The translations under genes and the position numbers were made by a program. DNA of 64,000 nucleotides from the NCBI RefSeq assembly GCF_006345805.1, contig NC_043005.1, forward strand, positions 64,790,001 to 64,854,000, in the 5' to 3' direction. A model generated the notes under the pieces. It saw only the letters and a program-made list of their open reading frames with translations. It was not told the DNA's origin and did no database searches. Positions 39,546 to 53,645 of the stretch are shown piece after piece; positions within the stretch are counted from its first letter, which is position 1; each line of letters opens with the position of its first letter. Origin of the DNA: Octopus sinensis. Taxonomy: Eukaryota.

Positions 39546-39996
39546 GCTACCCTTCTCCATGGTTACCTCTCTGGGTAACCATGGATCTCCTCAACAGCAA
39601 GACATCTGTTTCTGCCTCTGTCACACTCTAATCTTTCATCATCTGACACAAAATCACCTCCTCCAGTGCCCCTTCCTCTCTCAAAGACTCTTTGTCTTGC
39701 AAAGTCACTTGATGACCCTACCAGTGCAGGTGCCACGAAAAAGCACCCAGTACACACTGTAAAGGGGTTGGCATTTAAAGGGGCATCCAGCTGTAAAACC
39801 TATGCCAAAACTGACCTCACCTCTTTGAGTGCCACATAAAAAGCACCCAGCTCACTCTATGGAGTAGATGGTGTTAGAAAGGGCATCCAGCTGTAAAAAC
39901 CATTCCAAAGCAGACTCAAAAGCATGACACAGGCTCCTACCTGACCAGCTCCTATCAAAGTGTTCAACCATTGCCAGCATGGAAAGAGGACATTAA

Positions 39997-40028
<32 letters not shown>

Positions 40029-40449
40029 TGTTGGTTGGTTAGCTGGTTGTTTGCTAGGTTGACTTTTCCAGTCAGAGGGAGGGGAGAGAGTTAAAGAGAA
40101 ATACAACAGAAAACGGTGAGTACACATAATTAACTTTGGCAGCAGGTACTGATTAATGGAATGCTATACACAGTGAGAGAGAAAGAATCGTAGAGACAGA
40201 GGAGGAGGGAAAGGAGAGGGAGTGAAGAAAAGAGTAGTTATGAGAGGAGATGTAGAGATGAGAAATATTTGCTTGATTTTATTTTTAGGAAATAAAGTTT
40301 TTTTTCTTTTGAAAATTAGCATTTATTTCATCATTGCATACAAGCATCAAGAAATTTGATAAAAGTTAAATAATTATTGTATGTATGCCATATTTTCTAA
40401 TAATAACTATAATGGCAAAAGTGCAGTATCAAGGTTATTCATCATATGA

Positions 40450-40646
40450 TACTCTTTTACTCTTTTACTTGTTTCAGTCATTTGACTGTGACCATGCTGG
40501 AGCACCGCCTTTAGTCGAGCAAATCAACCCCAGGACTTATTCTTTGTAAGCCTAGTACTTATTCTATCGGTCTCTTTTGCCGAACCGCTGAGTTACGGGG
40601 ACGTAAACATACCAGCATCGGTTGTCAAGTGATGTTGGGGGGACAA

Positions 40647-40686
<40 letters not shown>

Positions 40687-40870
40687 TATATATATATATA
40701 TATAAAACGGGTTTCTTTCAGTTTCTATCTACCAAATTCACCCACAAGGCTTTGGTCAGCCTGAGGCTATAGTAGAAGACACTTACTCAAGGTGCCACGC
40801 AGTGGGACTGAACCCAGAACCATGTGGTTAGTAAGCAACCTACTTACCACACAGCCACTCCTACGCCTAG
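40450..40870 (-). mobile_element. SINE family A
   Basis: Reverse-complement homolog of 1148-1560. Confidence 0.85.
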
Positions 40871-41369
40871 GTAACATTCTAAAAATAACAACAACAACAA
40901 TAATCCTTTCTGCTAAACACATAAGGCCTGAAATATGGTGTTGTAGGGACTAACTGATTACATCAACCCCAGTACTTCTCTGGTACTTAATTTATTGGCA
41001 CCAAAAGATGACAGGCAAAGTCGACCTTGAAAGAATTTGAACTCAGAATGTGAAGGCAGATGAAATACCGCTAAACATTTTGCCCAGCATGCTAATGATT
41101 TTGCCAGCTCGCCACCTTAATAATAATAATGATGATTTCTTTTATTGGCCACAAGGGCCCAAGACATGAAGGACAATATTGAAGGATGAGTTACAGCACA
41201 AAAAAAAAAATTACAAAAACTACTAAAAGATGTGGGGTTAATAATATCAATCTAGGGGAGATGCTACCACATTAAAGAATATTATAGAGAATATATAATA
41301 GAAAGTAGAGAAATAAATAATAAATAAATAAATAATAAATAAATAAATAATTAAATAAATAAATAAACA

Positions 41370-43920
41370 GAATTCCCAGTAATGGAGCAATCCACTTAGA
41401 GTAGTCTGAGGTAAATCCCACACAAAAATCCCAGATTGCTCTGCTATCTCCAAGGCATGGGAAAGTGCCCTCTCCTAGTTTCTTTCCTCCTGCTTAGAAA
41501 AGCATCTTCAGAGTAGATCCATTCAGTCTCACCAGTCTTGCCACTTTCGACCACCTTTTGATAAACACACTAGAAGGCAGCATCTCCTTCTCTACCCTCA
41601 CCTTCCTCTTCAAATGATATTTGAAGAAATTGATGATAGGAATGTGCCTGTCTTCAAACCTTTCAGGCGGATCCACTACACAGCCTCTTTTGCCACAGCT
41701 GCTAAGCAGAGAAAGATCTGCCTTCTTTCTCTACTAAAGGAAGGTGGTGTGTCAATCCTCACTATACACTCTGTAGACAGCTGAGTTTGTCTTACACATG
41801 ACAACAGCTGTTCTACTCAATCCCATGACACTCTAATGCACGGACACTGAATTGTTGCGTGCAGGATGGTTTCATCCCCTTGCAGGCATCATGAGCAGGT
41901 TCAACTGTTGGTAATTCCATGCCCGAAGACCTTATCTCAAATGAGCAATGCCCCTCTGTAGCACTGCTACAGAGTTTCAGAAATTGTCCATGATCATCAA
42001 GCTCCTCTGGAAGAAACTACTCAGACTGTTCTCGTCGATGCCTAGATTCGATCCTAGGCCATCATCACTCATACCATCAACTAGCCCCCTATAGAATTCT
42101 TGGGTTGTTTTCCGGCTAATGGGTTTTGGCAGCTGGTACAGTGCAGTGAGCACCTGGCAACATTCTAGACACCAAACACCCAACCTTACTCTACATTTAA
42201 CTCATGACTGCAGCTCTGTCAATGAGATGAGCCGTGGAAAGACATGTCGCATGAAGCCATTCAATTTGACAAACAAGCAAATGCCACTATATATTGTGGT
42301 GATCCAGCCTCTGAAGATGGAACCAAAATTGACAGCTTTTAGGACAGATACCAGATAGCAATAGTCCACCCTGTCAAAATCTTTGGACTGGTTCAAATTG
42401 ACCAGTGCCCACCACCAACCCATTTATTCCTGAAATTGTCGGAGATAGATCTACCGGGAATTACACAGGTTTGTGCATCCTTAACCATACTACCGACAAC
42501 AAGCATCAGCCTCTTGGTGAGCACCTTAGCTAAAAATCTTTAACTCAGTGTTGAGTAGAGTTATGGGCCTCAAGTTTTCAATCACATCCTCCTTATTTGG
42601 ATCTTTTCTCAGCAATGTCACCACTCCCTGACTCACACAACAGGGAATGCTTCCAGTCTGTTGCCAGGAGCAGTAGACAGCTGCTAAAACTGGCACAAAC
42701 ATGTCTGGCATGTGGGCATATAGTTTATCAGGCAGACCATCCAGTCCTGGTGATTTGCGCCCCACACAGTGGCCCAGTACATCTTCCACTTTCTCCACTG
42801 AAATCAGCTTCTCGCAGCACTCAGTATCCTTGTCCGATAGATGTAGCATACCCTCAAGGTAAGCCCCAAAGCCCACAGTGTCAAGAATGCCACTCCTCGA
42901 AAAGAGGTTGGCAAAATGCTGCCAAAACACTGCACTCGTCTGTTTGGAATTGGAGCGCATATGACCACTGCAGTCCATCACAGAGCAAATATTAGATTTG
43001 TTTCCATGCTGTGTCTCTACTACTTGGGCCCAACCAACAGCTTTTGAGCTTTCAAGTTTCAAGATATGCACACTAGCTTGGACAATACAGCCTTCATGTT
43101 TTACACCAAAGTAAAGGTTGAGTACCATTCTTGCCACTTGCACATCATTTGCAATCCCACTTTTATGTGCCTCTTCTAAGTTACTAACTAGTTTATTTTC
43201 TATTTTGTTGTTTTCTAAAGCAATCTCCATGCTAAAAATAACTGAGACCCACCACCTGTTGCAGATGATGGCTTCCGTAAATTCCTGTTTAAATTGTCAA
43301 CTAATCTGGTCCCTGAAATCTTTCCTCGCCAGGAAGGACATGTTCATCTTGCAGTAACTAGGTCCTAGTTTGATTGTTTTTCCTAGGTTGACTGTTAAGG
43401 TCCCAAATTTGTGATCTGAATAGCCAATGACCTGAAAATGTAGACAACTTATACTCTGTCTATCTGCAAGCCTAATAAAAACCCTATCTAGGTATGACCA
43501 GGATGACCCACTGTGATTTGATCGAGTCCACACTGGTGTATTTGGGTGATTGAGGTTATGCAGTTGGAAATGCCTGAAGTTAGCAAGGCTTTTGCACTGC
43601 ACTCCCCTATCCACTGCTTCTACATAATCTTTGCTTGTGTCTAAGATCCCATACCAGTTGCCCACTAACACTAATGACTAAGATGTCCCTAGGAAATTCT
43701 CTAGACATCTAAAGAAATCTGGCCGTCCAGCTCCTTTTGGGGCATAGACTGTCACAAGTCTGAAAGCTACTCTGTTGCCTTCTTCGCTGCTTGTGTCCAG
43801 GCCTTTCCAAAATAGAAACATGATGCCATTTGATCCAGGCCAACCAGAGGAAGTATAAACCTTGTAAATAATGGTAACTGTAATTGTCAACATCAACACT
43901 TTAACCACCTGTGGAACAAC
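41370..43920 (-). mobile_element. L1/Tx1-clade LINE, degraded and internally deleted
   Basis: Endonuclease fragments (FRLVTVYAP, SYLDRVF, YSDHK, GPSYCKMN.SFL) and RT fragments (KSPGLDGLP, RPITLLNTELKIF, LVNLNQSKDFDRVD) in successive minus-strand ORFs. Confidence 0.88.
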
Positions 43921-44479
43921 CATATACTTATTTGATATCTGAATTTGTTTATGTCCAAGTACAAATTATATAGATTTTTTCAATGCAGATAATAATGAAA
44001 TAAGATAGTGCTCATCTTGATAAGATGTTATGGGTTTGAACAAGGAGAGTAGATATATATTTAAGATAATTTACACTTTACAGCATATCTATTCAAGTTT
44101 AATTATACCTTTAGCTATCTTTATGGGCGATTTACCTCTATTCAGGAAAATTATCAAACATAGAGTGATTAGTTCTGGGAATATTATCTGACTAGAATTT
44201 CCTGGTGCAAGAGAGTAGAAAGATTTCAAAATAAATTAGATAATTAGTCGACATTTCTCAATATAAATCAATATAGGCTCGTTTCATATATCAATACCTT
44301 CTGCAATCATTAAAATAACTTTCATAACATTCAAGAAAAGATGAGATTGTACAGCACACTGGTCCGGTTAATTTAACTATCATATCTAAATATCTAATCA
44401 GCTACTTCTACAATGCAATTATTTCTGAAATGTGCTAAGTTAATCCTTTCATGAAGCTAAAAGTGTCTGTGAACAAACA

Positions 44480-44720
44480 TAGTGTACCAGACACGGTGCT
44501 CCAGATGCAGCATCTGTTACATCAGTAGTACAGTCTGATTGTTCACATACAGCTGAAGGAGCAACAAACTCCCAACACATCTTCCATCCAGAAACACTTA
44601 ACCAAATACAACACCACCACCAAAGAGATAAACACATCCATACTGGTCTCAGAGAGGAATACAGAATATCTTTCTGCCAAGGAATCCTTACTGATCCATA
44701 GACTTAATCTGAAAACCAAA
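44480..44720 (+). mobile_element. Penelope-like GIY-YIG C-terminal relic
   Basis: Translation SSIQKHL...ILVSERNTEYLSAKESLLIHRLN resembles the PLE endonuclease C-terminus. Confidence 0.45.
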
Positions 44721-45129
44721 TGTTGATTGGAGTTGGGACAGTGGCTCCTATAAATGTATTACCTGATGCTCCCTACATCCTGCAACCATGACCAACAAGA
44801 ACATCACAACAATGGTGATTAGCACTATTTCTTACCAGCACCTTGTTCTCCACCACCACTACCACCTTGCCAGTGACTACTACAAGAACATACATCACCA
44901 ATGCCATCACTCTCTGCTACCACGACACTTAGCACCATTACCAACAATGCCCATGTAGACAACATCATCACCGACTACTACTACTATTACTACTACTACT
45001 ACTACTACTATACTACTACTAAATCATTCACCACCATTACCAACCTACAGTCAGTGTTCCATCACCATTCCTAATGCGACCTCTATGGCACCAACAACAC
45101 CAACATTTGGGGAGCTACTACTACTATAA

Positions 45130-45492
45130 CATGCGCCAGACTAAAATGGGGACACTGCACATCCAGTTATCCAAAATGCTAGGATCTATGTAAACATACA
45201 TTTCTTTGACTGTATTCTTCAGAAGATAGATCTTTGCACTTGAAATATTAAGTTTTTTTAACTTTTTGCTTTGTTAGAAGCTTCCCTATTCCTCATTTCA
45301 TTTATTATTCTACTTCTCACCTTGTTTCTCTCCTTGTCTTTTCTGTGTTCCTTTCTGTAGAAGAGCGTAGGCTCAAAACGTAAAAGACTTTTTCCATTCC
45401 AGAGCGTTATACTAATACATCTGTTTTTGTACACCCACCACCTGTCTTCGTCTTTTGGGTTTTTTTTTCGTAAACTCTCCCTATATATATAT
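45130..45492 (+). mobile_element. Penelope-like relic with decayed hammerhead, ending at (TA)n
   Basis: QTKMGT RT-like fragment; ctgtagaagagcgtaggctcaaaac is a decayed CTGANGA-GAGC/GCTC-GAAAC motif at ~45356-45390. Confidence 0.5.
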
Positions 45493-45720
45493 AGGCATGG
45501 TTGTGTGGTAAGAAGATAGGTGCAGGTGTGGCTATTTGGTAAGAAACTTGCTTCCCAACCACATGGTTCTGGTTAAGTCCCACTGTGTGGTACCTTGGGC
45601 AAGTATCTTATACTATAGCCTTTGGCCAACCAAAGCCTTGTAAGTGGATTTGGTAGACAGAATTGAAAGAAGCCCATCGTATATACATAAATACATACAC
45701 AGACAGACAGTCAGACAGAC

Positions 45721-45791
<71 letters not shown>

Positions 45792-45802
45792 CTGGTAGAT
45801 AA

Positions 45803-45899
<97 letters not shown>

Positions 45900-46150
45900 C
45901 TGATAGATAAATAGATATAGATATGTATATATTTATGTATGTGTGTGTGTGTGTGTGTGTGTTTGTCTCCTCACCATCGCTTGACAAGAAATACTGGTGC
46001 ATTTATGTTCTCATAACTTAGCAGCTTGGCCAAAGAGACTGATAGGCTTACAAAGAATAAATTCTGGGGTTGATTTCTCTGACTAAAACTCTTTTTAGTC
46101 ATATATTGATTTATATATTCAAATGACTGAAACAAGTTTAAGAATAAAAG
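45493..46150 (+). mobile_element. SINE family A with expanded internal (GATA)n
   Basis: Family A head and tail with ~45 GATA units at 45718-45900. Confidence 0.8.
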
Positions 46151-46207
<57 letters not shown>

Positions 46208-46722
46208 CAAAACAGGACATTTTTCAGTATTATTTATTTTCACCTTGTTTTGTTATAGAATAACTCTGCAAATAACATTTCCATAATTCTCAATTTTGAT
46301 ATGTATTTTGACTAACAAATAGCAACAACTGTGGATACATATTGATTATAATAATGGAATATGCAGATGTGCTTCAAGAAAAAAACGGATTTATCCTGTC
46401 TATCTATTTATATATCTATCTATCAATCTATATATATATTTACATATAGTTGAAGAATGGATGTAACCATTGTAACCATGATATTCTATGGTTCTCAAGA
46501 GCTGGCCTTCTAATACCTGTACTAGCTAGTAAAATGTACAATAGTACCATATAATTTATAACTTATATCCAAGTGGAGACACGTAAAATAATTTATTATA
46601 TACTAAAATTATTATTTCCCCCTGATGTTGGCTACAAAATGACCATAATCTTATGGATATCAATTGTTGAAATAAATATATGACTTATTTCATATTCTTC
46701 CTTTCTCTCTCTCTCTCTCTCT

Positions 46723-46766
<44 letters not shown>

Positions 46767-46768
46767 GA

Positions 46769-46799
<31 letters not shown>

Positions 46800-46831
46800 A
46801 TCAAAATAAGCAACAGGATATCAAGTAGTGA

Positions 46832-46905
46832 TGCATTACGACCATTTCAAGCGGCTTTAATAGAACAATTACATCAATTTAAATGCAGTGCCATCATCAG
46901 CTGCA
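46832..46905 (-). ncRNA. Degenerate type I hammerhead ribozyme
   Basis: UGCAG-CUGAUGA-UGGC...GCCGCUU-GAAA-UGGUCG-UA-AUGCA; core intact, stems II and III damaged. Confidence 0.5.
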
Positions 46906-47064
46906 CAAATAAATAGAATTTTAACTAGTTGGACACACTAATATAATTTTTCTCAAATCCTTTAACAGAGCAAGAAGATGGAAGAAATTTGAGCTTGGAG
47001 CTGTGCGGATACTGGACTGACTTGGTGCTTCAACTTAAATACCTAATTTAACTGAATCTCATTT

Positions 47065-47450
47065 CATCATCATCATCATCATCATCATTGTTTAACGTCC
47101 GCTTTCCATGCTGGCATGGGTTGGACGATTTTGACTAAGGGCTGGCGAACCAGATGGCTGCACCAGGCTCCAATCTTGATCTGGCAGATTTTCTACAGCT
47201 GGATGCCCTTCCTAATGCCAACCACTCCGAGAGTGTAGTGGGTGCTTTTTACGTGCCACCGGCTTGGAAGCCAGTCAGGCGGTACTGGCAACAACCTTGC
47301 TCTAATCATTTTACACATGCCACTGGCACAAGTGCCAGTAAGGCGACACTGGTAACAATCACGTTCGGATGGTACTCTTGGCACCCTACTAGCACGGGCT
47401 AAAGTGCCAGTAAGGCAACGCTGGTAATGATCACACTCGAATGGTGCCTC
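47065..47450 (-). mobile_element. SINE family B
   Basis: Homolog of 6335-6740. Confidence 0.8.
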
Positions 47451-48936
47451 ATCCATGGATGGAATTTATTAATATTTTAATGTATTGCTACATGTATTTC
47501 CACAAATCACATGTTTTTTGCCACCATAGTCTGCATTCCTGGGATGATTGCAATACAATCAGGTATATCCATCGATATCAGATGGGACTTTGTTCATGCA
47601 TTCATTTCTTCGGGTGATATGGCAATAAAGTTGAAAGTACCGAATGTTCATCTGAAAGATGTTTATCAATTTGCACCAGTCAAAAGGTTTGTTGGGAGAA
47701 TGTTGGTGGTCCTGTGTGTATTCGGATTAATAGTGAGTGTAAATATCTACAATAAGAGGGAGATAGGATTGTTATGATGGTTTTCAATATCTAGATTGTG
47801 CAGTTGTTTTCTGTTGATAGTGAAGAGGAGAAGGTGAAGAAAAGAGAGAAAGAAATGGTAATGATAAAGGATAGGGAGGACTGTGTGGTAAGGTCTGATG
47901 TTGCCAGTTCAAAGTTCTCTATGTAAACAAAATTTGCTTCACTGCTCTACAACATCTGAATTTATAGAGCAAGCGCCTGCTGTGGCCTAAGGCCAAACCA
48001 ATGACCTACGTTCCCCATCCTGACATGTGCACATGTAAATATTAAAACAAGTCAAGCCAATATGATTGCATTTGGAACATCCAGTTCAATGTTCCAAATA
48101 ATTGCAATGGGGAAAAATATGTAGGAACTAATAATATAAACTTATGTTTATTGTAATTTCTCCATCTGCTCTGTGTATTATAACCAGTAAAATTATAAAA
48201 TATAGTAGTTGCTTAACTGGAAGCAGATAGGATTCTGATGGGCAACATGGAGATCTAAACTTAACAGCAGCAGTTGTACAGTTATTTGTACGCATAAGAT
48301 ATTATACACACACACACACACTCTCACTTACTCACACACATACATAAAAACTACAGATCCAATCCATCACTGTAACTGTAAAAATCTGTAAAACTTTCCA
48401 GAAGTTTGTCATTTCAGAATATATGAGCATGTCTAGATATGCAACTATATGCATTAAAATGCATATATAAGACATACAAATCTGCACATATACATACACA
48501 CACAAAAATATTTTGTTGATGTTGGCGAAATTCTAATGAAGGAGACTTGGATGTATGTTAGAAACCAGCTCTTTCTCTATTGGCAAGAAATCTTGAAATA
48601 AAAATGAATAATGACAAACATGCATGCATGCATGTATGCCTATATGCATGCATGCATACATACATACACACACACACTCACATGCATATTTAATGTTGAA
48701 ACATAAGTGAGTGGCAAGATGCTGATATTTCTTAAATCAGCAATCTGATTTTATTTCTGTTTACAAATTTATATATTGGACACACTGGCTAGATAGAGGT
48801 CTGAATAGGAAGGTTCAGTTAATAGACCGATGATTAGGTGAGTTAAGTCTAGAAAGAAATATTTCACTAAAACTGATAAAGGCAAGAAAATTATCAAATT
48901 AAAAAGTGGTTGGTTGTCATAATGTGAGTATATGTA

Positions 48937-48992
<56 letters not shown>

Positions 48993-50589
48993 GCCTTAGC
49001 AGGGCAACATGCAAGACAGAGGAAGTTAAGAAAACTGTGCCAGGCTGGCTGACTTCGGTGATGGCTGAGTCAGTTTATCTCTCTAGGAGTGATCTTCAGC
49101 AATAGCTTCCTAAGGAAAGGATACAAAATCAAAGTCACCGAGAAATCACTAAGAAGTGCTGATTTGTCAGTTATAATCAACAGAAAAACGTCAACTTAAT
49201 TTTCTGTTAGAAGGAGGTCACTGACCCCAGACTATCTATTTTTGGAGCTTAGATTTAACAGTTTTAGTTGTTGCTATTAATAAGATTAATGGTCAGTAGA
49301 ATAACATTTAAAAGATGTGTAGTAGTTAGACAAGGCCAAATTGAATGGAATCAAAGACTTTCACATATAAATGTATGTGTATATATTTGAATTTGTATGA
49401 ACAAGAGATAGATAAACAGGTATAGAAAGGAGGCAGTGGCAAAATATTCTATGATGTGTGTTGTGTGTGTGTGTGTGAAGACAAGTGGCTTAGTAGTTAT
49501 GGTATTGTGCTGGTGATCGCAAGATCACAGTTTCTATTTCCAGGCCAGTGTTGCCTTCTGTTCTTGTGTTAAAAACTTCATTTCACATTGCTCCAGTTCA
49601 CTCAGCTGTAGAAATGGGTAACACTGTGATGGACAAGTGTTGGCTTGTCTCCCTGCCCAGCTAGCTGGGTGGCATTGTTCAATGTGACTATATATATATA
49701 TCTATCTATCTCTATGTATTTGGTCATGGATGGATTGTCAATCCAGATCACAGATGGATCACCAAGATATCATATATCTGAAAAAGAAGCACTCTCTAAG
49801 GCATAGAGCAGTAATGTATTAATACACCTCATAATGATAACAGCACGGATGGCAGTCCCAGCAACACCAGTGGCAATAACATCTCCAGCCCCAAAGCCAA
49901 CTGAAGATGTACCAGTAATATGAACACAACCAATACCCAAGCCTGGAAGTATATCAGGTCAAGCAATTACTGTACAACCACAGGTCCTCTTTCAGTATTC
50001 CATAAAGACAATTTATCACATCCGTGGCCAGCCATGGGAGGTGCCTTAAAGATAAAGGGACCCCATATGATATCAAGTGGTTGGGACCCTACGTTAATGG
50101 GAGCGAACACCAAGTGAGTAGTGATACTCAAAGACTCCCTGAAACCTGAATCACTGAACACTGGCCAAAAAATTTACATTCTTTGCATCTATTTCAAATG
50201 CTACCTGCTGCAAGAATGGGATTCCCCATTCTTCAATTAGACCAGGAAGGGTCCTTACTATCTAAAAGCAGCCCAAGTGAAAAATCTCCTGTTCTCCCCA
50301 CCACTTTTGATCCACAAGAACTGGTCTAAGGGAGAAAACTTGTCCTCACTGACCCCGAACTATTTATTTTTGGTGACTTACTGACCAAATGACCGAAACA
50401 GATTCCTGCCTCCCAGAGGTGAAGAGTTACATTTGTCTTTAGCTTTAGAGTCTGATAAGACGTTCACGGGGTTAATCCTTTTGTGGATCTGCTCTATGCT
50501 TTAGAAGGTGCTTCTTATTTGCATATATGATACATTGACAATATATGTATGTTGATAGATATATTAATTTAAGCCTGAAACATTTTCAT

Positions 50590-51287
50590 GTACGCAGTTG
50601 ACCAAAGTTTTAATTCATTTTCTTTTTTCTGCTAGCCTGTTATGTAGTGTGCTTTTCTCGGAGAATTCATGGTGGTAATAACGTCTTTTGACGCCTATTT
50701 TTCAGTGCGTGGTGAGGCACAAGCCAAGCCCTTGTTATAATTATGTATATAATTATAAAATATTTATAAAATTTACCTGTCAGGTTATATTTCCACGCTG
50801 ACCACTTGGTAAAAATCATTAATGATTTTACCCTTTATTATTATTACAATTGATATTTGAAAAAATATTTACTCCTTGATCAAAACTGTATTCACTGCAG
50901 ACTTGATCTTTAACTCACTGCACATGGCTATAAGAGAAAGATGTGTATTCTACTTAGCAGCATATCTCTGCGAGTCTCAATAGATACAAGCTAAGCAAAG
51001 ATGCAGCTTGCTTACATATCTGTGGCCACTCGTGTATTTATGCCTGGGTATACTGATGCTGATGAAGGCAATAGGACATGTTTTTATTATTTTAAGCCCA
51101 AAACACAATCATGTATGCGGTTGACCAAAGTTTTAATTCATTTTCTTTCTTCTGCTAGCCTATTATGTAGTGTGTTTTTCTCAGAGAATTTATGGTGTTA
51201 ATAGTGTCTTTTGACATCTATTTTTCAGTACATGGTGAGGCACAAGCCAAGCCCTTGTTATAACTATGTATATAATTATAAAATATC

Positions 51288-51290
<3 letters not shown>
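50590..51290 (+). repeat. ~170-bp direct repeat pair (period ~523 bp) carrying hammerhead remnants
   Basis: gttgaccaaagttttaattcattttc...ggtgaggcacaagccaagcccttgttataa occurs at 50597 and 51120; each copy is preceded by parts of a hammerhead. Confidence 0.85.
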
Positions 51291-51328
<38 letters not shown>

Positions 51329-51587
51329 GCAACCAAACATATATATATATATATATACAAAATAACAAAATGGAGAAATATATCGAAATCAAATATCAAT
51401 TACCAGATAATACTCAATCACATACTTTATTAAACCACCACATAAGAAACTATAAGGTTAAACATAATAATGTAGGGTAAAACAGTGTACATGAAGGCGT
51501 GTACATAAAATAGTAATGTTATACAATAAGTAGAATACGTATAATAGAAAATAAATATAAGTACACATAAATATAAATATAGACTAT

Positions 51588-51714
51588 ATCTTACAGCTGT
51601 TTCAGCCATGTAGATAAGCATGTCTCATTTAACTTATATTAGCCATTTATGGTAGATCAATATGTAGTTATAAATGAGACATTTACAAAAACATCCTAAG
51701 GCCTCTTCGGAGAT
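51588..51714 (-). ncRNA. Type I hammerhead ribozyme with U4-to-C change
   Basis: AUCU-CCGAAGA-GGCC...GGCU-GAAA-CAGCUG-UA-AGAU: palindromic stem III ACAGCUGU and a perfect 12-bp AUGUCUCAUUUA/UAAAUGAGACAU helix inside stem II. Confidence 0.72.
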
Positions 51715-53384
51715 TACAAATAAGATTACATACATACTTATATAGGTGTGGGTACATACCCATAATAAAACATATACATATACATATGAGTGCATATACT
51801 CATACTCCTATACATATAAATATACATATACATAATGATATAAATAATAAAAATTAATAAACACATATGCTCCACATTCAATGTTACAGTTTTTCAACTT
51901 AATGTTGTGATAATTACAATGTAGAAAAACATACACATATTAATACCTAAATGCAGATATAGAGAGTCAAGATTACATTCTATTAGTTCTTATTAATTTC
52001 CAAAATGTCATTAATGCTAGCATCATTATCATTGTCGTTACCACTAATGCTACCAATATCATCATTCATATTATTATTAATAACACTAATACTAGAGAAA
52101 CAATACATAAATTCCATTATTAGCAATATAGTCACAATAGTATTACAATACCATGCAAAGTGTTAGATATCCGCATATACATACGAAATATGAAGTACCA
52201 GCATTCTGTTTATACAACATTAAGATCCACAGGTGCACATATGTAAGTCCGATTTTAAGTTTATAATTTTCCTTGTGACATAAATACACTATTATTATAC
52301 ACTATTATATATATAATTGTAGAAGTCATTTGCTCAAGATGTCACATAGAGGGACTGAACCCAAAGCCATATGGTTACAAAGCAAGCTTCCTAACCACAC
52401 AGCATACACAGCTATTGCTGTACCTTGGTTAAACTTTCTAAATTTATTCTTTATTTATTCTCAGTTTAATTATTCATGATTTTCTATCATATTCTTTTAA
52501 ATTAAAAGTCTCAATTATCGTAGTTAAGATTGACTATTAGAAGAATACTATCAAGAATTCCAAAAATACTTTAAAATTAACTTTAAGATTTTGTTATATT
52601 TCGGAATGGTCATTTTGCCAGTTTAGCCAATGAAAACACATGCACTATATATTTGGTGTTATTTTGCTTCAGTGTTATTTGTTTTTTACATTAATCTTAA
52701 TCTTATTTCGGCCAGAGTTCTTTCGTCACACTCCTGTGACCGCATCAGTGGTCCTTTGTTTTCTTCTTTCTTATTTGTGTCTCTCCTTACTAACCGTCAG
52801 CCATTTTGTATTTCTATTGTATGTCTTCATTTGCGCATGCTTATATCTCTACGTGCGTCTGTGTTTATTTAGTGTGTGTATGTGGGGGGGATGCCTGTAA
52901 TATTTGTATCTTCTGTTTATATACGTTCATGTAATTTGTATTTTGTTTTTGTTGTTGTTGTTTTTGTTTATTCTTATTTTGTTCATGTGTTTACATCCAC
53001 TTATTATTATCATTACATATGCTTGTATGTATGTATGTATGTTTAACAACAATACTAGTAATAATAATAAGATTGTTGTATTGAAATATCAAGGACTGAG
53101 TTTCGTGGTGCCAAGTTCAAATACAACCAGTTATCAGAAGACAGTGTCATTCTGCCATCAGCAAACTGAGTACTGATTGCATACAATGGATTATCAGATT
53201 AGCAAGTATTAAAATATTAATGTTTACTCAAAATCTTTAGAGAGTAAAGAAAATATTTATTTCATTGTGATGTAATTTATTTCAGTGGATAACTTTAAAG
53301 TACATACAAGTTGAAACTTTTGTTCATTTGTTATTATGTCCATTTTTTCATGCACTCATGGATTAGATGAATATATTATTTATA

Positions 53385-53645
53385 TATAAACAAGCACACA
53401 GACAGACACACAGACACTCAAACAGACAGACACACAGAAACACACACAGACACAGACAGACAGACACAGACACTGACAGACAGACGCAGACGCTGACAGA
53501 TGGAGACAGACACTGACAGGCAGACAGACACACACACAGACAGACACTGACAGACAGACACACAGACACACTCAGACACAGAGAGACAGACAGGCACATA
53601 GACAGACACACACAGATATACAGACACACAGACAGACAGACACAT
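53385..53645. repeat. Degenerate (CAGA)n/(CA)n microsatellite
   Basis: Direct inspection. Confidence 0.9.

Noticed and set aside
41310-41370. (AAAT)n as the poly-A tail of the adjacent L1/Tx1 element
   Set aside because: The LINE is on the minus strand, where the tract reads (TTTA)n, so it is not an A-rich tail; its origin is unresolved.
47511-47777. 88-aa plus-strand ORF with a hydrophobic C-terminus
   Set aside because: No recognisable motif or splice context; likely chance or antisense to a decayed retroelement.
53095-53140. CTGATAA...GAAACTCAGTC hammerhead-like motif on the minus strand
   Set aside because: G8 is mutated and stems I and II do not pair; may be chance.
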